Of a stretch of 64,000 nt of DNA, positions 31,169-41,302 are shown in pieces. Position numbers and translations under genes: made by a program. The DNA lies in NCBI GenBank assembly GCA_030054035.1, contig JASGCS010000001.1, forward strand, positions 342,280-406,279, written 5' to 3'. The notes under the pieces are model-generated. The model made no database searches and had not been told where the DNA came from. It worked only from the letters and a program-made list of their open reading frames with translations. The number at the start of each line of letters is the position of its first letter. The first letter of the stretch is position 1. The DNA comes from Candidatus Methylacidiphilales bacterium. GTDB taxonomy: Bacteria; Pseudomonadota; Gammaproteobacteria; JASGCS01.

Positions 31169-31894
31169 TTAAATCAAGATAGTATGTGGAACATATGTTT
31201 TGAATGTTTTAAAATAATTTATATTAAATTGCTGTTTGAATATATTATTTACTAATATTCTGAGGTTTCTAATATCAATATCGCTTAAAATTTCTAATGA
31301 ATTATTAGATATTGCTAATATACAATGACCCGACACACCCATATCAACTTTTTCATTATGTAACACTGTAAACCCAACTCCATGTTTCCACATATACCGT
31401 TTTGAACAATCGATTTCTTCTTGCTTAATACTATCTACAATACCGTATCCAGTATATTTTAGTGCTTGTAGTTCAAAATATAAAATATGGTATTGTTTGA
31501 TATCAGATTGACTACTGGAACAAGTATTAATTAACGCTTTATACAACTCAAAAAGCGGTCTGTGGGCATCAAATACTTTTAGAATTTTTTTTAAAAGCTC
31601 GTTAATATAAAATAATTGATAAAAATACTTATAGGTTACCAAAGAATAAGTTCTTCTTGAGTGCCCAACTTCCTCCCAGGAAAAACAGTTTTTGATATCA
31701 GACATACCAGACCACGATAATTCATAATTAGTAAACAATTGTAACGCCGGGCGTTTTGATTTTTTTCTAGCGCCTTTGGCAACTATCGTTACTCTTCCAT
31801 GATTTAGTGTAAATAAATCAACAAGAATACTTGTTTCTCTAAATGATTGCATAGATAAAACATATGATGATTGATTAATTTCAACTCTTTTCAT
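31169..31894 (-). CDS. recO: DNA repair protein RecO
   Basis: 241 aa; position downstream of era as in rnc-era-recO; N-terminal OB-fold-like region. Confidence 0.75.
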   Translation of the reverse strand: MKRVEINQSSYVLSMQSFRETSILVDLFTLNHGRVTIVAKGARKKSKRPALQLFTNYELSWSGMSDIKNCFSWEEVGHSRRTYSLVTYKYFYQLFYINELLKKILKVFDAHRPLFELYKALINTCSSSQSDIKQYHILYFELQALKYTGYGIVDSIKQEEIDCSKRYMWKHGVGFTVLHNEKVDMGVSGHCILAISNNSLEILSDIDIRNLRILVNNIFKQQFNINYFKTFKTYVPHTILI

Positions 31895-32720
31895 ATATCA
31901 CTTTTAAAGATAGGTGAATTTTTAATTCAAATAGTAGTATCAATCTTTTCCGAATAGATATACCTAATCTTTTAATAGTGGCACCATTGCTACCAACCAG
32001 TATTGGTAAATGGCTTTTTTTATTGGTCACAAGCAAAATAGATATATTTATAGACTTATCTGATTGGTCCAATTTTATAATTCGATAGTTGAGCGTGTAG
32101 GGTATTTCTTGATGAATATGTACTAACAATTGTTCACGAAGCACTGAATGGATAATAGATTGCTTGTTAGAAATCTCTGAATCATATAAATAAGGATGAT
32201 CATAAACTTCTTCGGTGAATTGATCAGTCAGAGATAATATTTTTTTTTTATAACTTATTTTTTTAGTGCTAAAAGGAACAATATGTTTAATAAAAGAAAT
32301 ATTAGAACAATAGTCATTTATATATTGCAATGGGTCAATTTTAGTTAGTACATCAATTTTATTCATAATAATTAAACTAGGAATTTTTTTACTATTTATT
32401 TTTAAGAGAATCTGTATATCTTCTTGAGAATAATGTTTGCTATCAACCATATACCATATAACAGAAATATTTTTAGAGAGTGAGAGCAATTCGTTGAATG
32501 TTTTTTGATTTTTATTATACGATTCTATTCCTGGTGTGTCAATTACAACTAACTGTGTATTCGCAATTGTGGTAATTCCGAATTGAACTACATTCGTTGT
32601 GTTAATTTTATGAGTAACTCCCGCATACGGCTTTGCCGATACCATATTGAATAGAGATGATTTACCAACATTTGTTTTGCCGATTATAGCAACTGAGCCA
32701 AAATACTTTTTAGAAATCAT
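31881..32720 (-). CDS. era: GTPase Era
   Basis: G1 GKTNVGKSS, G3 DTPG, G4 NKID; C-terminal KH-like region; rnc-era synteny. Confidence 0.85.
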   Translation of the reverse strand: MISKKYFGSVAIIGKTNVGKSSLFNMVSAKPYAGVTHKINTTNVVQFGITTIANTQLVVIDTPGIESYNKNQKTFNELLSLSKNISVIWYMVDSKHYSQEDIQILLKINSKKIPSLIIMNKIDVLTKIDPLQYINDYCSNISFIKHIVPFSTKKISYKKKILSLTDQFTEEVYDHPYLYDSEISNKQSIIHSVLREQLLVHIHQEIPYTLNYRIIKLDQSDKSINISILLVTNKKSHLPILVGSNGATIKRLGISIRKRLILLFELKIHLSLKVIYEKS

Positions 32721-32729
32721 GTGCGCAAT

Positions 32730-33383
32730 CTAGCAATTTAATTGAGTGATCATTAAAGACGCAGCCATTTCTTCAGCTTGTCTGACCCTACTTCCCGTTC
32801 CAGTGGTTTCAATCTTTTTACTTTGAACATACGCAACGCAATTAATTGTAAACATTCCATCGGTCGATTTCCCAATTACACTATATATTGGTAGTTTTTC
32901 ATGCTTAGCTTGAAGAATTTCCTGCAAAGTAGATTTATGAGACTTAATATGCAAAAGGTTGGCATCTTTCATGCATAATTTTAGAACGCAGTTTCTAGTA
33001 ACATGATAACCGCCATCAATATAAATTGCGGCAAATAAAGCTTCCACTACATCCGCTAAAGATTTTTTCATATGATCTAATTGTTGCAAATTCACAGAGT
33101 TTCCACAAATTATAATTTTGTCTATCAGTAGATAATAGGCTATATTAGTTAAATTACTGTTGGAAATAATCGCGTCACGCTTGACAGACAATTCCCCAAC
33201 TGTCAATTCTTGATAATTTGAGTATAAGTATTCGGTAACAATCTGGTACAGTAGAGAGTCACCTAAAAATTCAAGTTTCTCATTATGAACACTCTCTGAA
33301 CTTGGATGGGTTATTGCAACAATTAATAATTCTTTATTAACAAAATAATATCCTAGTTTTTCAGAAAATTCTGATTCTAGCAT
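32730..33383 (-). CDS. rnc: Ribonuclease III
   Basis: 217 aa; RNase III signature region NEKLEFLGDSLL; C-terminal dsRBD. Confidence 0.9.
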   Translation of the reverse strand: MLESEFSEKLGYYFVNKELLIVAITHPSSESVHNEKLEFLGDSLLYQIVTEYLYSNYQELTVGELSVKRDAIISNSNLTNIAYYLLIDKIIICGNSVNLQQLDHMKKSLADVVEALFAAIYIDGGYHVTRNCVLKLCMKDANLLHIKSHKSTLQEILQAKHEKLPIYSVIGKSTDGMFTINCVAYVQSKKIETTGTGSRVRQAEEMAASLMITQLNC

Positions 33384-33388
33384 TTTAT

Positions 33389-33772
33389 TTAAGGAGCTGG
33401 TAAATAAGCTTCCTTTAAAAGTCTTACATAAAACCCATAACCAGAAACTATCTCTTCTTCAGCGAAGAATGTAACAATAATTGTTGCATCACGTGAACCT
33501 TCTTTTCTAATAATTTTTATTGTAGACTTGTCAACATTCTTAATATCATTTTCAGAAAGTTTCTTTTCTAGTTCAAATCTAATCGATTCAGAGGAAAGAC
33601 CTCGTATTTCTGGTAAATTAACAAAATCGTTTACTACTTTTTCTACAGTTTTATACTCTATATAATAGGGAACTAATTTAATCCCCAATGTTAAAATAAA
33701 ACCCAGGGCAGGTATTCCAAATAACCAAAGAAAAATTCCTTTTTGCCTGCTAACAATTGTGCTTAATGTCAT
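33389..33772 (-). CDS. Small membrane-anchored protein of the conserved lepB-rnc spacer gene family (DUF4845-like)
   Basis: 127 aa, one N-terminal TM helix; occupies the lepB-rnc position where many non-enteric gammaproteobacteria carry a conserved hypothetical gene. Confidence 0.55.
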   Translation of the reverse strand: MTLSTIVSRQKGIFLWLFGIPALGFILTLGIKLVPYYIEYKTVEKVVNDFVNLPEIRGLSSESIRFELEKKLSENDIKNVDKSTIKIIRKEGSRDATIIVTFFAEEEIVSGYGFYVRLLKEAYLPAP

Positions 33773-34524
33773 TAGTTTATCACTCCTATTCTACTTAAAA
33801 CTTCTTTACCAAAATGCATCCAAATCACAATAGCTTCACCAACCACATTTCTCTCTGGCACGAGACCCCAACAACGACTATCATAACTATTATCTCGATT
33901 ATCACCCATCACAAAATATTTTCCATTCGGGACTATCCACTCACCTTCATCACAGCTATTTCTTGCATGTTCTATATTGTATATTTTATATTCTCTTGAG
34001 GGTAAACGCTCAATATATTCAATAGTATCAACACCACTGATTTGTTGCGCGGTTATTTTAACATACTCTTTGATATATTGAGTAGAATTAACAATAAGCT
34101 GCTTATCTACATACCGAACAGTATCACCTGGCAATCCCACAACTCTTTTAATATAGTGTTTAGTTGGATCAACTGGGAAATAAAAAACCACCACATCACC
34201 ATGTTTAATCTTTGAATGTTTTATGAGTGGGTAATTAAAGATTGGTAACTGCACACTATAAGATAATTTATTCACCAAAATAAAATCATTTTTAATAAGA
34301 GTAGGCATCATTGACGCGGAAGGGATTTTAAATGGCTCAAACATCGAGCCACGTAAAAGCACTACTAAAAGTAAAATCCAAACGATGCTTTTATTAAATT
34401 CGTATATTTTTGAAATATACGAATTACTAATCGGCAACAATTTTCCTTTAATTAATAGTTGTATCATACCCACTATTAAAAAAGCAATAAAAAGCCAAAA
34501 TGTAAAATCAATAAAATAAATCAT
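33772..34524 (-). CDS. lepB: Signal peptidase I
   Basis: 250 aa; catalytic Ser region [10 protein letters not shown], conserved [11 protein letters not shown] box; follows lepA. Confidence 0.9.
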   Translation of the reverse strand: MIYFIDFTFWLFIAFLIVGMIQLLIKGKLLPISNSYISKIYEFNKSIVWILLLVVLLRGSMFEPFKIPSASMMPTLIKNDFILVNKLSYSVQLPIFNYPLIKHSKIKHGDVVVFYFPVDPTKHYIKRVVGLPGDTVRYVDKQLIVNSTQYIKEYVKITAQQISGVDTIEYIERLPSREYKIYNIEHARNSCDEGEWIVPNGKYFVMGDNRDNSYDSRCWGLVPERNVVGEAIVIWMHFGKEVLSRIGVIN

Positions 34525-36317
34525 TTTGAATATTTTAATATTGATAAAAACGCTTCTTGCGGTATATCAACTCTACCAAATGTTTTCATTCTTTTTTTTC
34601 CTTCCTTTTGTTTTTCTAGTAATTTTCTCTTTCGACTAACATCTCCACCATAACATTTTGCAATGACATTTTTTCTAAGTGCACTAATTGAACTTCTAGC
34701 TATTATTGATCCACCCACAGCTGATTGAATAGCAATTGGGATCATTTGCCTAGGGATTAGTTCTTTTAAGCGTTCAACTATAGTTCTTGAATATTTATCT
34801 AATCTATCTTTATGGATAATGGTAGAAAGGGCGTCAACTTTTTCTCCATTCAACAATATATCAAGTTTCATCACTGAACATACTCTGTACTCTAAGAAAT
34901 CATAATCATATGACGCAAAACCCCTAGAAACTGATTTAAGTTCATTAAAAAAATGCATTATAACTTCTGATAACGGCATCTCAAACTCCAAAGAAACCTG
35001 ACTACCAAAATGGTTTTGTTTAATTAATTTTGCTCTTCTATCCATACATAATTGCATTACTGGTCCAACATAAAGTTGCGGAACTATGATTTTTGCAAGA
35101 ATAAAAGGTTCCCTGATTTCTTTAATTTCATTAGGCGAAGGAAGCTCGCTTGGATTATGGATACGAACTACTACCCCATCCTTTTTAAGAACCTCATACA
35201 CAACGGTTGGGGCAGTTGTTATTAAATCATGATTGTACTCACGTTCGAGGCGTTCTTGTATTATTTCCATATGTAACAAACCTAAAAACCCACAACGAAA
35301 TCCCAATCCTAATGCAGTGGAATTTTCTGGTTCAAAATATAACGAGGAGTCATTAAGGCCTAGCTTTAAAAGGGAATCTCTAAAACGATCATAATCATCT
35401 GTATCAATTGGATATAACCCTGCAAATACCCTAGGCTGAATTTTTCTAAACCCTTCAATAGGATTTGAAACTGAATCCTGTTCGTCTAAAATAGTATCTC
35501 CCACCGGAGCTGCGTGTATGTCTCTTATGCCAGCAATAATAATCCCCACCTCACCCTCAGTTAATTCTTCTAAATCAATTTTTTTAGGGGTAAAACAACC
35601 AATCTTTTCTACTACAAAAATATTTTTATTTGAATATATCTTAATTTTTTGTTTTTTCTTTATTGAGCCTGAAAATATCCTAACCAATGAGACGACGCCA
35701 ACATAGTTATCAAACCAAGAGTCAATAATGAGCGCTTGTAGTTTTGTAGTTGCATGTTTTTTTGGATGTGGTACGGCAATAAGCACTCTTTCTAATAAAT
35801 CTCTAACTCCTTGACCTGTTTTAGCACTCACTCTAATAGCATTTTTAGCTTCTATTCCAATTAAATTTTCAATTTGATTTATTGTCATTTCGCAGTCTGC
35901 AGAAGCTACATCAATTTTATTTATGACTGGAATAACTTCAATATGTTGAGCGAGAGCGGTGTAGCAATTAGCGATACTTTGTGCTTCAACGCCTTGTGTT
36001 GCGTCAACAACGAGCAACGCGCCCTCACAGGCTGAAAGTGACCTAGACACTTCGTATGAGAAATCAACATGACCAGGAGTGTCAATCAGATTAAATGTGA
36101 AAACTTGATTCGCAATAGATGTGTATGATAAACGAACACATTGAGACTTTATCGTAATCCCTCTTTCACGCTCAATTGAAAGAGTATCTAACATCTGATT
36201 TTGTGCAACGCCATGGTCTAAAGCACCACAAATCTCAATAAATCTATCAGCCAATGTTGATTTCCCATGATCGACATGGGCAATTATTGAGAAGTTTCTT
36301 ATCGTCTCGATTGGCAA
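34521..36317 (-). CDS. lepA: Elongation factor 4 (LepA)
   Basis: 598 aa; [18 protein letters not shown]1 motif, DTPGHVDF; lepA-lepB synteny. Confidence 0.9.
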   Translation of the reverse strand: MPIETIRNFSIIAHVDHGKSTLADRFIEICGALDHGVAQNQMLDTLSIERERGITIKSQCVRLSYTSIANQVFTFNLIDTPGHVDFSYEVSRSLSACEGALLVVDATQGVEAQSIANCYTALAQHIEVIPVINKIDVASADCEMTINQIENLIGIEAKNAIRVSAKTGQGVRDLLERVLIAVPHPKKHATTKLQALIIDSWFDNYVGVVSLVRIFSGSIKKKQKIKIYSNKNIFVVEKIGCFTPKKIDLEELTEGEVGIIIAGIRDIHAAPVGDTILDEQDSVSNPIEGFRKIQPRVFAGLYPIDTDDYDRFRDSLLKLGLNDSSLYFEPENSTALGLGFRCGFLGLLHMEIIQERLEREYNHDLITTAPTVVYEVLKKDGVVVRIHNPSELPSPNEIKEIREPFILAKIIVPQLYVGPVMQLCMDRRAKLIKQNHFGSQVSLEFEMPLSEVIMHFFNELKSVSRGFASYDYDFLEYRVCSVMKLDILLNGEKVDALSTIIHKDRLDKYSRTIVERLKELIPRQMIPIAIQSAVGGSIIARSSISALRKNVIAKCYGGDVSRKRKLLEKQKEGKKRMKTFGRVDIPQEAFLSILKYSK

Positions 36318-36330
36318 TTGTACCTACACA

Positions 36331-37695
36331 CTAAGGCGATTTTATCGGAATAAACATAGTGCTCGTCCCACGTTTAATAAAGAACGGAACTTGGGTGCCA
36401 CTAGGAATTCCACGAATAGCAATTTGACAATCATCCACTGATTTAATGTCCTTTGATTTTATCCTTAAGATTAAATCACCAACTTGTATTCCAGAATTTA
36501 CTGCAGGACCACTTTTAGTTATTTTTGCAACCTGAACACCCGTTTTTTCTTGCGTATTTTCAACTGTCATTCCATAAAAAGTGAACGTATTTGAACTTAA
36601 CTGATCGTCAGGGTCTCCCGCATCATTGGTTTTAGAAATTTTAGAATTCTTGAGAGGAGATAAAGTTGCTGATATTTTTATTATTTTTCTATTTCTTAAA
36701 AGCTCTATCTCGATAGGAAAATTGACAGGTGTCGCGCCTACTATTGGCGGTAAATCTGAAGACTGCACTATTTCGTTATTGTTAAATTTCAATATTACAT
36801 CTCCTGATTTTATACCTGCTTTTTCTGCTGGAGAATCAGAGACCACTTCCGCAACTAATGCTCCTGATGGTTTTTTTAAACCAAAACTATCGGCTAATTG
36901 TTTGGTAACTGTTTGTATTGAGACTCCTAACCATCCACGAATGATCTTTTTATTAGCCCTTAATTCAGTTACGATAGTTTTAACTGTGTCTATTGGAATT
37001 GCAAAAGAAAGCCCAATATATGTTCCAGTTTTGCTTACAATCATTGAATTTACCCCTACCACCTCTCCTTTTAAATTAATAAGAGGTCCACCTGAATTAC
37101 CAGGGTTAGTAGGCACATCAGTTTGAATAAATGGCGTATAAATTTCATTTGCTAAACTTCTTGAAATTGCACTTACAATTCCTTTTGTTACGGTATGATC
37201 AAAACCAAATGGTGAGCCGATTGCCACGACCCATTCACCGACTTTTAAATCGGTTGAGTTTCCAAGTTTTGCAAATGGTAGATTAGTTGCTTCAATTTTG
37301 AGTAGTGCAATATCACTTACTTCATCACTGCCAATTACTTTAGCTGTATAAGTGCTGATGTCAGAAAGACTGACTTCTATTTCATCTGCGTCTTTAATAA
37401 CATGATGGTTGGTAATTATATAACCATTTTTATCATAGATAAAACCAGAGCCAAATGATGTGCTTGGCGAGGAACTTTGGGGATCGCCAAAAAATCTCTT
37501 TAACAATTCATCTGGATCATTTCCTTTGCTCTCATCTTTATTTTTAGCTTGTGTTTCGGGGGCATTTTTCTTTGATGTAATATGAACAACATATTTAACA
37601 CTGTTTTTTGCTAAGTCAGTAAAATCTGGTAAGGTATCTGCAAATGTTAACCCACTACAAAAAAATAAAATAACAACTAGTCGAACAAATTTCAT
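36331..37695 (-). CDS. Periplasmic serine endoprotease DegP/MucD family with two PDZ domains
   Basis: Catalytic triad contexts TNHHVI, DIALLKI, GNSGGPL; two PDZ-like regions; upstream of lepA as mucD is in pseudomonads. Start set at the Met at 37695 (signal peptide MKFVRLVVILFF…). Confidence 0.8.
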   Translation of the reverse strand: MKFVRLVVILFFCSGLTFADTLPDFTDLAKNSVKYVVHITSKKNAPETQAKNKDESKGNDPDELLKRFFGDPQSSSPSTSFGSGFIYDKNGYIITNHHVIKDADEIEVSLSDISTYTAKVIGSDEVSDIALLKIEATNLPFAKLGNSTDLKVGEWVVAIGSPFGFDHTVTKGIVSAISRSLANEIYTPFIQTDVPTNPGNSGGPLINLKGEVVGVNSMIVSKTGTYIGLSFAIPIDTVKTIVTELRANKKIIRGWLGVSIQTVTKQLADSFGLKKPSGALVAEVVSDSPAEKAGIKSGDVILKFNNNEIVQSSDLPPIVGATPVNFPIEIELLRNRKIIKISATLSPLKNSKISKTNDAGDPDDQLSSNTFTFYGMTVENTQEKTGVQVAKITKSGPAVNSGIQVGDLILRIKSKDIKSVDDCQIAIRGIPSGTQVPFFIKRGTSTMFIPIKSP

Positions 37696-37734
37696 AATAT
37701 ACACCTCAATAAATTTTATACATGTTATTATATC

Positions 37735-38592
37735 ATGGACACCATGCACAGCAAACCTTTGTGGTATTCATCGAATGAATCTCTTTTAGATAGCGAAGTT
37801 CACTATCCAATAGTAATTGAAGTGGCTAAAAATTCTTCGATTAAATATCGACAATTAAAATTTCCGTCTAACTACTTATTTTTACCAATACAACAATTAA
37901 TGAATACAAGATATGACCGAAATGGGTATTTATGCACTATTGAAGAATTTCAAAATGCATTTGGGGAACTTCTAAAAATAAGTAATGGGTATTTTTTCAT
38001 CTGTGGAAATGATGACTACATATCAAGTTCACGCTGTATCTGGACAATGCACGCCTTCGGAATATACCACTGTTCAATTTGGAATGGCACTATCGAAAAT
38101 TGCATTGCATATATCGAATCAGGTTTATTAAACAATAAATTTAGCAAGCCAATTATCACTAATCAAGCATTGCCAGTTTCCATAAATAATACCGTAATAG
38201 CTGATGCAAATTTCATAGTTTCACAAACTAACAATCCTTCGTATAAAATTCTTGATGTTAGAACAATAGAAGAATTTACTGGTGAGGAGAGAAAAAACTG
38301 CACACGAGGCGGACATATTCCAAACGCAATTCACTTACCTCATCTCTATTTTTATAGTGAAACAGACTCACGTGAGCTCAGGCCAGTAAATAATATATTA
38401 GATAAGTTAGTTTCGCTAGGTATAAATAAAGACAGTAAAGTTATTTGCTATTGCCACACCCACATGAGATCTTCTTTTGTATACTGCGTACTCAAATACT
38501 CTGGATTTCAACATGTTCTTGGATATCCAGGCGCATTTAATGATTGGGAATTAAATCATACCCGATCTGTAATTACCGGTTTTCAAAAATAA
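37735..38592 (+). CDS. Tandem-rhodanese sulfurtransferase (thiosulfate/3-mercaptopyruvate sulfurtransferase-like)
   Basis: Two rhodanese-like halves; second half carries a candidate catalytic Cys in the loop [10 protein letters not shown] followed by the expected helix. Confidence 0.65.
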   Translation: MDTMHSKPLWYSSNESLLDSEVHYPIVIEVAKNSSIKYRQLKFPSNYLFLPIQQLMNTRYDRNGYLCTIEEFQNAFGELLKISNGYFFICGNDDYISSSRCIWTMHAFGIYHCSIWNGTIENCIAYIESGLLNNKFSKPIITNQALPVSINNTVIADANFIVSQTNNPSYKILDVRTIEEFTGEERKNCTRGGHIPNAIHLPHLYFYSETDSRELRPVNNILDKLVSLGINKDSKVICYCHTHMRSSFVYCVLKYSGFQHVLGYPGAFNDWELNHTRSVITGFQK

Positions 38593-39124
38593 TACTTTTA
38601 TAGTACTTGATCTCTTTTATAGAATCTTTAATATCGTCCAATGCTCTATGCGCTGATTTTTTTTTATCCCGCTTCATCGCTCGATCTGGCAACCATCGAT
38701 TAACTAATATTTTTAGTGTGCTGACATCTAAGTTCCTGTAATGAAAAAACTGTTCTAAATTTGGCATTAATCTTGCCATAAATCTTCTATCCTGGCATAT
38801 AGAATTACCACACATTGGCGATTCGCCTGGATAGCAATACTTGCTTAAAAATTTAATAGTTATCTGTTCAGCCATTTCTACGGTAATTGAACTACCAAGC
38901 ACGTCTTTAATTAGACCAGATTTTCCATGGTGCAACCTATTCCAATTATCCATTGAGTCCAACACATTGATTGGTTGATGGATCGTAAAATGGGGGCCGA
39001 TTACCAACTCCTCAATATTTTTATCAGTTACAATTGTAGCAATTTCAAGTATTAAATCTGTGTCTGGATTTAGTCCAGTCATTTCTAAATCAACCCAAAT
39101 TAGATTATCTTTACTAATCAGCAT
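38573..39124 (-). CDS. orn: Oligoribonuclease
   Basis: 183 aa DEDDh exonuclease; [11 protein letters not shown] motif; HRALDD near C-terminus. Confidence 0.85.
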   Translation of the reverse strand: MLISKDNLIWVDLEMTGLNPDTDLILEIATIVTDKNIEELVIGPHFTIHQPINVLDSMDNWNRLHHGKSGLIKDVLGSSITVEMAEQITIKFLSKYCYPGESPMCGNSICQDRRFMARLMPNLEQFFHYRNLDVSTLKILVNRWLPDRAMKRDKKKSAHRALDDIKDSIKEIKYYKSIIFENR

Positions 39125-39142
39125 GGTAATTTTACATTCTTA

Positions 39143-39487
39143 TTATCCAGGCGGCCAAGATAGTTTTCTACCAGCAAGTACATGCAAATGAATATGGCCT
39201 ACGGTTTGTCCAGCGTCTTCATTACAGTTCATTACCAATCGGTAGCCTGAATTTGCATACCCTTTTTTACTTACAATTTCTTTAGCGCGAAATATCATTA
39301 AACCTATTAGATAAGCTTCATTTTCATTAATCTCATTAATTGTCTTTATTTGTTTTTTTGGTACTACTAAAAAGTGACAAGGGGCGTGAGGCGCAATGTC
39401 TTCAAAAGCAATTAATTCTTCATCCTCATAAAGTATTGTTGCCGGAATTTCTCTTGAAATAATTTTTATAAACAAATCTTCTATCAT
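39143..39487 (-). CDS. HIT-family nucleotide hydrolase (HinT-like)
   Basis: 114 aa; histidine triad HIHLHVL. Confidence 0.8.
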   Translation of the reverse strand: MIEDLFIKIISREIPATILYEDEELIAFEDIAPHAPCHFLVVPKKQIKTINEINENEAYLIGLMIFRAKEIVSKKGYANSGYRLVMNCNEDAGQTVGHIHLHVLAGRKLSWPPG

Positions 39488-39492
39488 TTTAT

Positions 39493-40092
39493 TTAATTCA
39501 GTTCTTTTCGCTCCATTAAAGCACAGGCCAAAGTAGTACTATCTACATATTCTAGCTCACTACCCGCAGGTAATCCATGGCTAATTCTAGTTATTTTTAT
39601 TTTCAGATCACTGGTTAACTCTTTTATGTAATTTGCCGTGGCTGAACCCTCTACAGTTGCATTTGTTGCGATAATCATTTCTTTCACCCCCCCCTGCAAT
39701 ACTCGAGAGCGTAGAAGTGGCATACCTAACTCATAGGCGCCAATACCATCTAAAGGTGATAAATGACCCATTAACACAAAATATAAGCCATTAAATAGAC
39801 CGATTTGTTCTATTAATAGCACATCGATTGGGTTTTCCACAATACATAGTATAGATTTGTCGCGTTTAGACTGAGAACAAATTACACACACTTCGGAAGT
39901 TGTAAAATTTCTACAAGAAGAGCAGCATGAGATTGAATCCATGGCGAATTCAATAGCTTTAGCTAGGCTTTTTCCACCAGGTCGATTTTTTTGAAGCAGG
40001 TGGTAAGACATTCTAACAGCAGACTTATGGCCAATGCCAGGAAGCATTGTAAAAGCAACTATTAGATCCTCAAGCACAGAATCACTTTTCAT
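39493..40092 (-). CDS. recR: Recombination protein RecR
   Basis: 199 aa; C4 zinc finger (CxxC…CxxC), Toprim region; follows dnaX. Confidence 0.9.
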   Translation of the reverse strand: MKSDSVLEDLIVAFTMLPGIGHKSAVRMSYHLLQKNRPGGKSLAKAIEFAMDSISCCSSCRNFTTSEVCVICSQSKRDKSILCIVENPIDVLLIEQIGLFNGLYFVLMGHLSPLDGIGAYELGMPLLRSRVLQGGVKEMIIATNATVEGSATANYIKELTSDLKIKITRISHGLPAGSELEYVDSTTLACALMERKELN

Positions 40093-40093
40093 A

Positions 40094-41302
40094 CTATTTG
40101 AATCTCTTTTGATGCTCTGTAATAGTTACTGTTGATAATGATGCTATTTGCTCAACAACAGGATGTGAGTTATTAGTAATTTTTGAATGTGTTGTAAATG
40201 GGCTAGAATTAGAATACTCTTTTGCACCCCAACTTTTATTTACTAATGCTATTCGTAGTATAGAGTTTATAACGGCAGATTTTCCATTTGGATAATACGA
40301 ATAATTTTTTCTTGTGTCAAGTACAATTTGCATAAACACTTGTAATAAATGTGGCTGCAATTTTTGAAGCATCTCAGCAATTAAATAATGAGTATTATTT
40401 GTTTGATTAGAATAAGGCGCTAACGATGCTTGTTGCAATTCTTGAATTATAGTATCAAGTATCTGCAAAGGTTCACCGGAATAAGTGTCAATCATTTTAA
40501 TAGCTGATTCAAAATCACTTTTGGAATCATTTACTACAAATTGAAAAAACAATTGCACTAACGATTGAGATGAAGGGCCTAAGATAGTTTTAACAGACTC
40601 TAAAGTAATTCCAGTATCTGAAGCAAATAAAGCTGTTTCCAAAATATTTAGAGAATCTCTAATGCTTCCATTTGCAGCCTCAGCAATTGCAATAAGAGAT
40701 TCATTAGTATAATCAATTTTTTCATTCTGTAAAACCTTCGAAAGAACTGAAACGATCATATCAATTGGAACTGGTCTGAAATGAAATAGTAGGCATCTCG
40801 ACCTAATAGTTTCAGGTATCATTTCTAACTCAGTTGTGGCAAAAATAAAAACTAGATATGGCGGAGGCTCTTCTAGAGTTTTTAGTAGAGCATTAAAACT
40901 ATGTTTTGTTAGCATATGAACTTCGTCTAATAAAATTATTTTTTTTCTACTTATTGACGGTGGATAAATTGCAGTTTCCAGTAACTCTCTAGTTTCTTCG
41001 ACCTTGGAGTGTGAAGCAGCGTCTAATTCAATAAAATCGATATAAGAATTTTCATCACAAGAAATACAATTTCTGCACTTTAAACAAGGTGTAGGTGTGA
41101 TCCCATTTTCACAATTTAAACTTTTTACCAATATTCTTGCGAGGCTAGTTTTTCCAACTCCTCTAGTGCCTGAGAATAAATACGCATGGTGAACTTTTTC
41201 TACTTCAAGCGATTTGGAAATAGGGATAACAATGTGCTCTTGCCCGACCATATCAGTCATAATCTTTGGTCTATATGTTCTTGCAAGCGCAATGTGATTC
41301 AT
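40094..41302 (-). CDS. dnaX: DNA polymerase III subunit gamma/tau, gamma-length only
   Basis: 402 aa; Walker A GTRGVGKTS, zinc module CLKCRNCISC, SRC motif; ends directly before recR with no tau-specific C-terminal domains. Confidence 0.85.
   Translation of the reverse strand: MNHIALARTYRPKIMTDMVGQEHIVIPISKSLEVEKVHHAYLFSGTRGVGKTSLARILVKSLNCENGITPTPCLKCRNCISCDENSYIDFIELDAASHSKVEETRELLETAIYPPSISRKKIILLDEVHMLTKHSFNALLKTLEEPPPYLVFIFATTELEMIPETIRSRCLLFHFRPVPIDMIVSVLSKVLQNEKIDYTNESLIAIAEAANGSIRDSLNILETALFASDTGITLESVKTILGPSSQSLVQLFFQFVVNDSKSDFESAIKMIDTYSGEPLQILDTIIQELQQASLAPYSNQTNNTHYLIAEMLQKLQPHLLQVFMQIVLDTRKNYSYYPNGKSAVINSILRIALVNKSWGAKEYSNSSPFTTHSKITNNSHPVVEQIASLSTVTITEHQKRFK

Noticed and set aside
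36626-37126. 166-aa plus-strand ORF antisense to the DegP-family protease gene
   Set aside because: Embedded opposite a gene with a clear catalytic triad and PDZ domains; no independent support.
41299-41302. maeB stop overlapping dnaX start (ATGA) as evidence of a functional operon link
   Set aside because: Four-nucleotide stop/start overlaps are common in compact genomes and do not by themselves imply a functional relationship between malic enzyme and the clamp loader.
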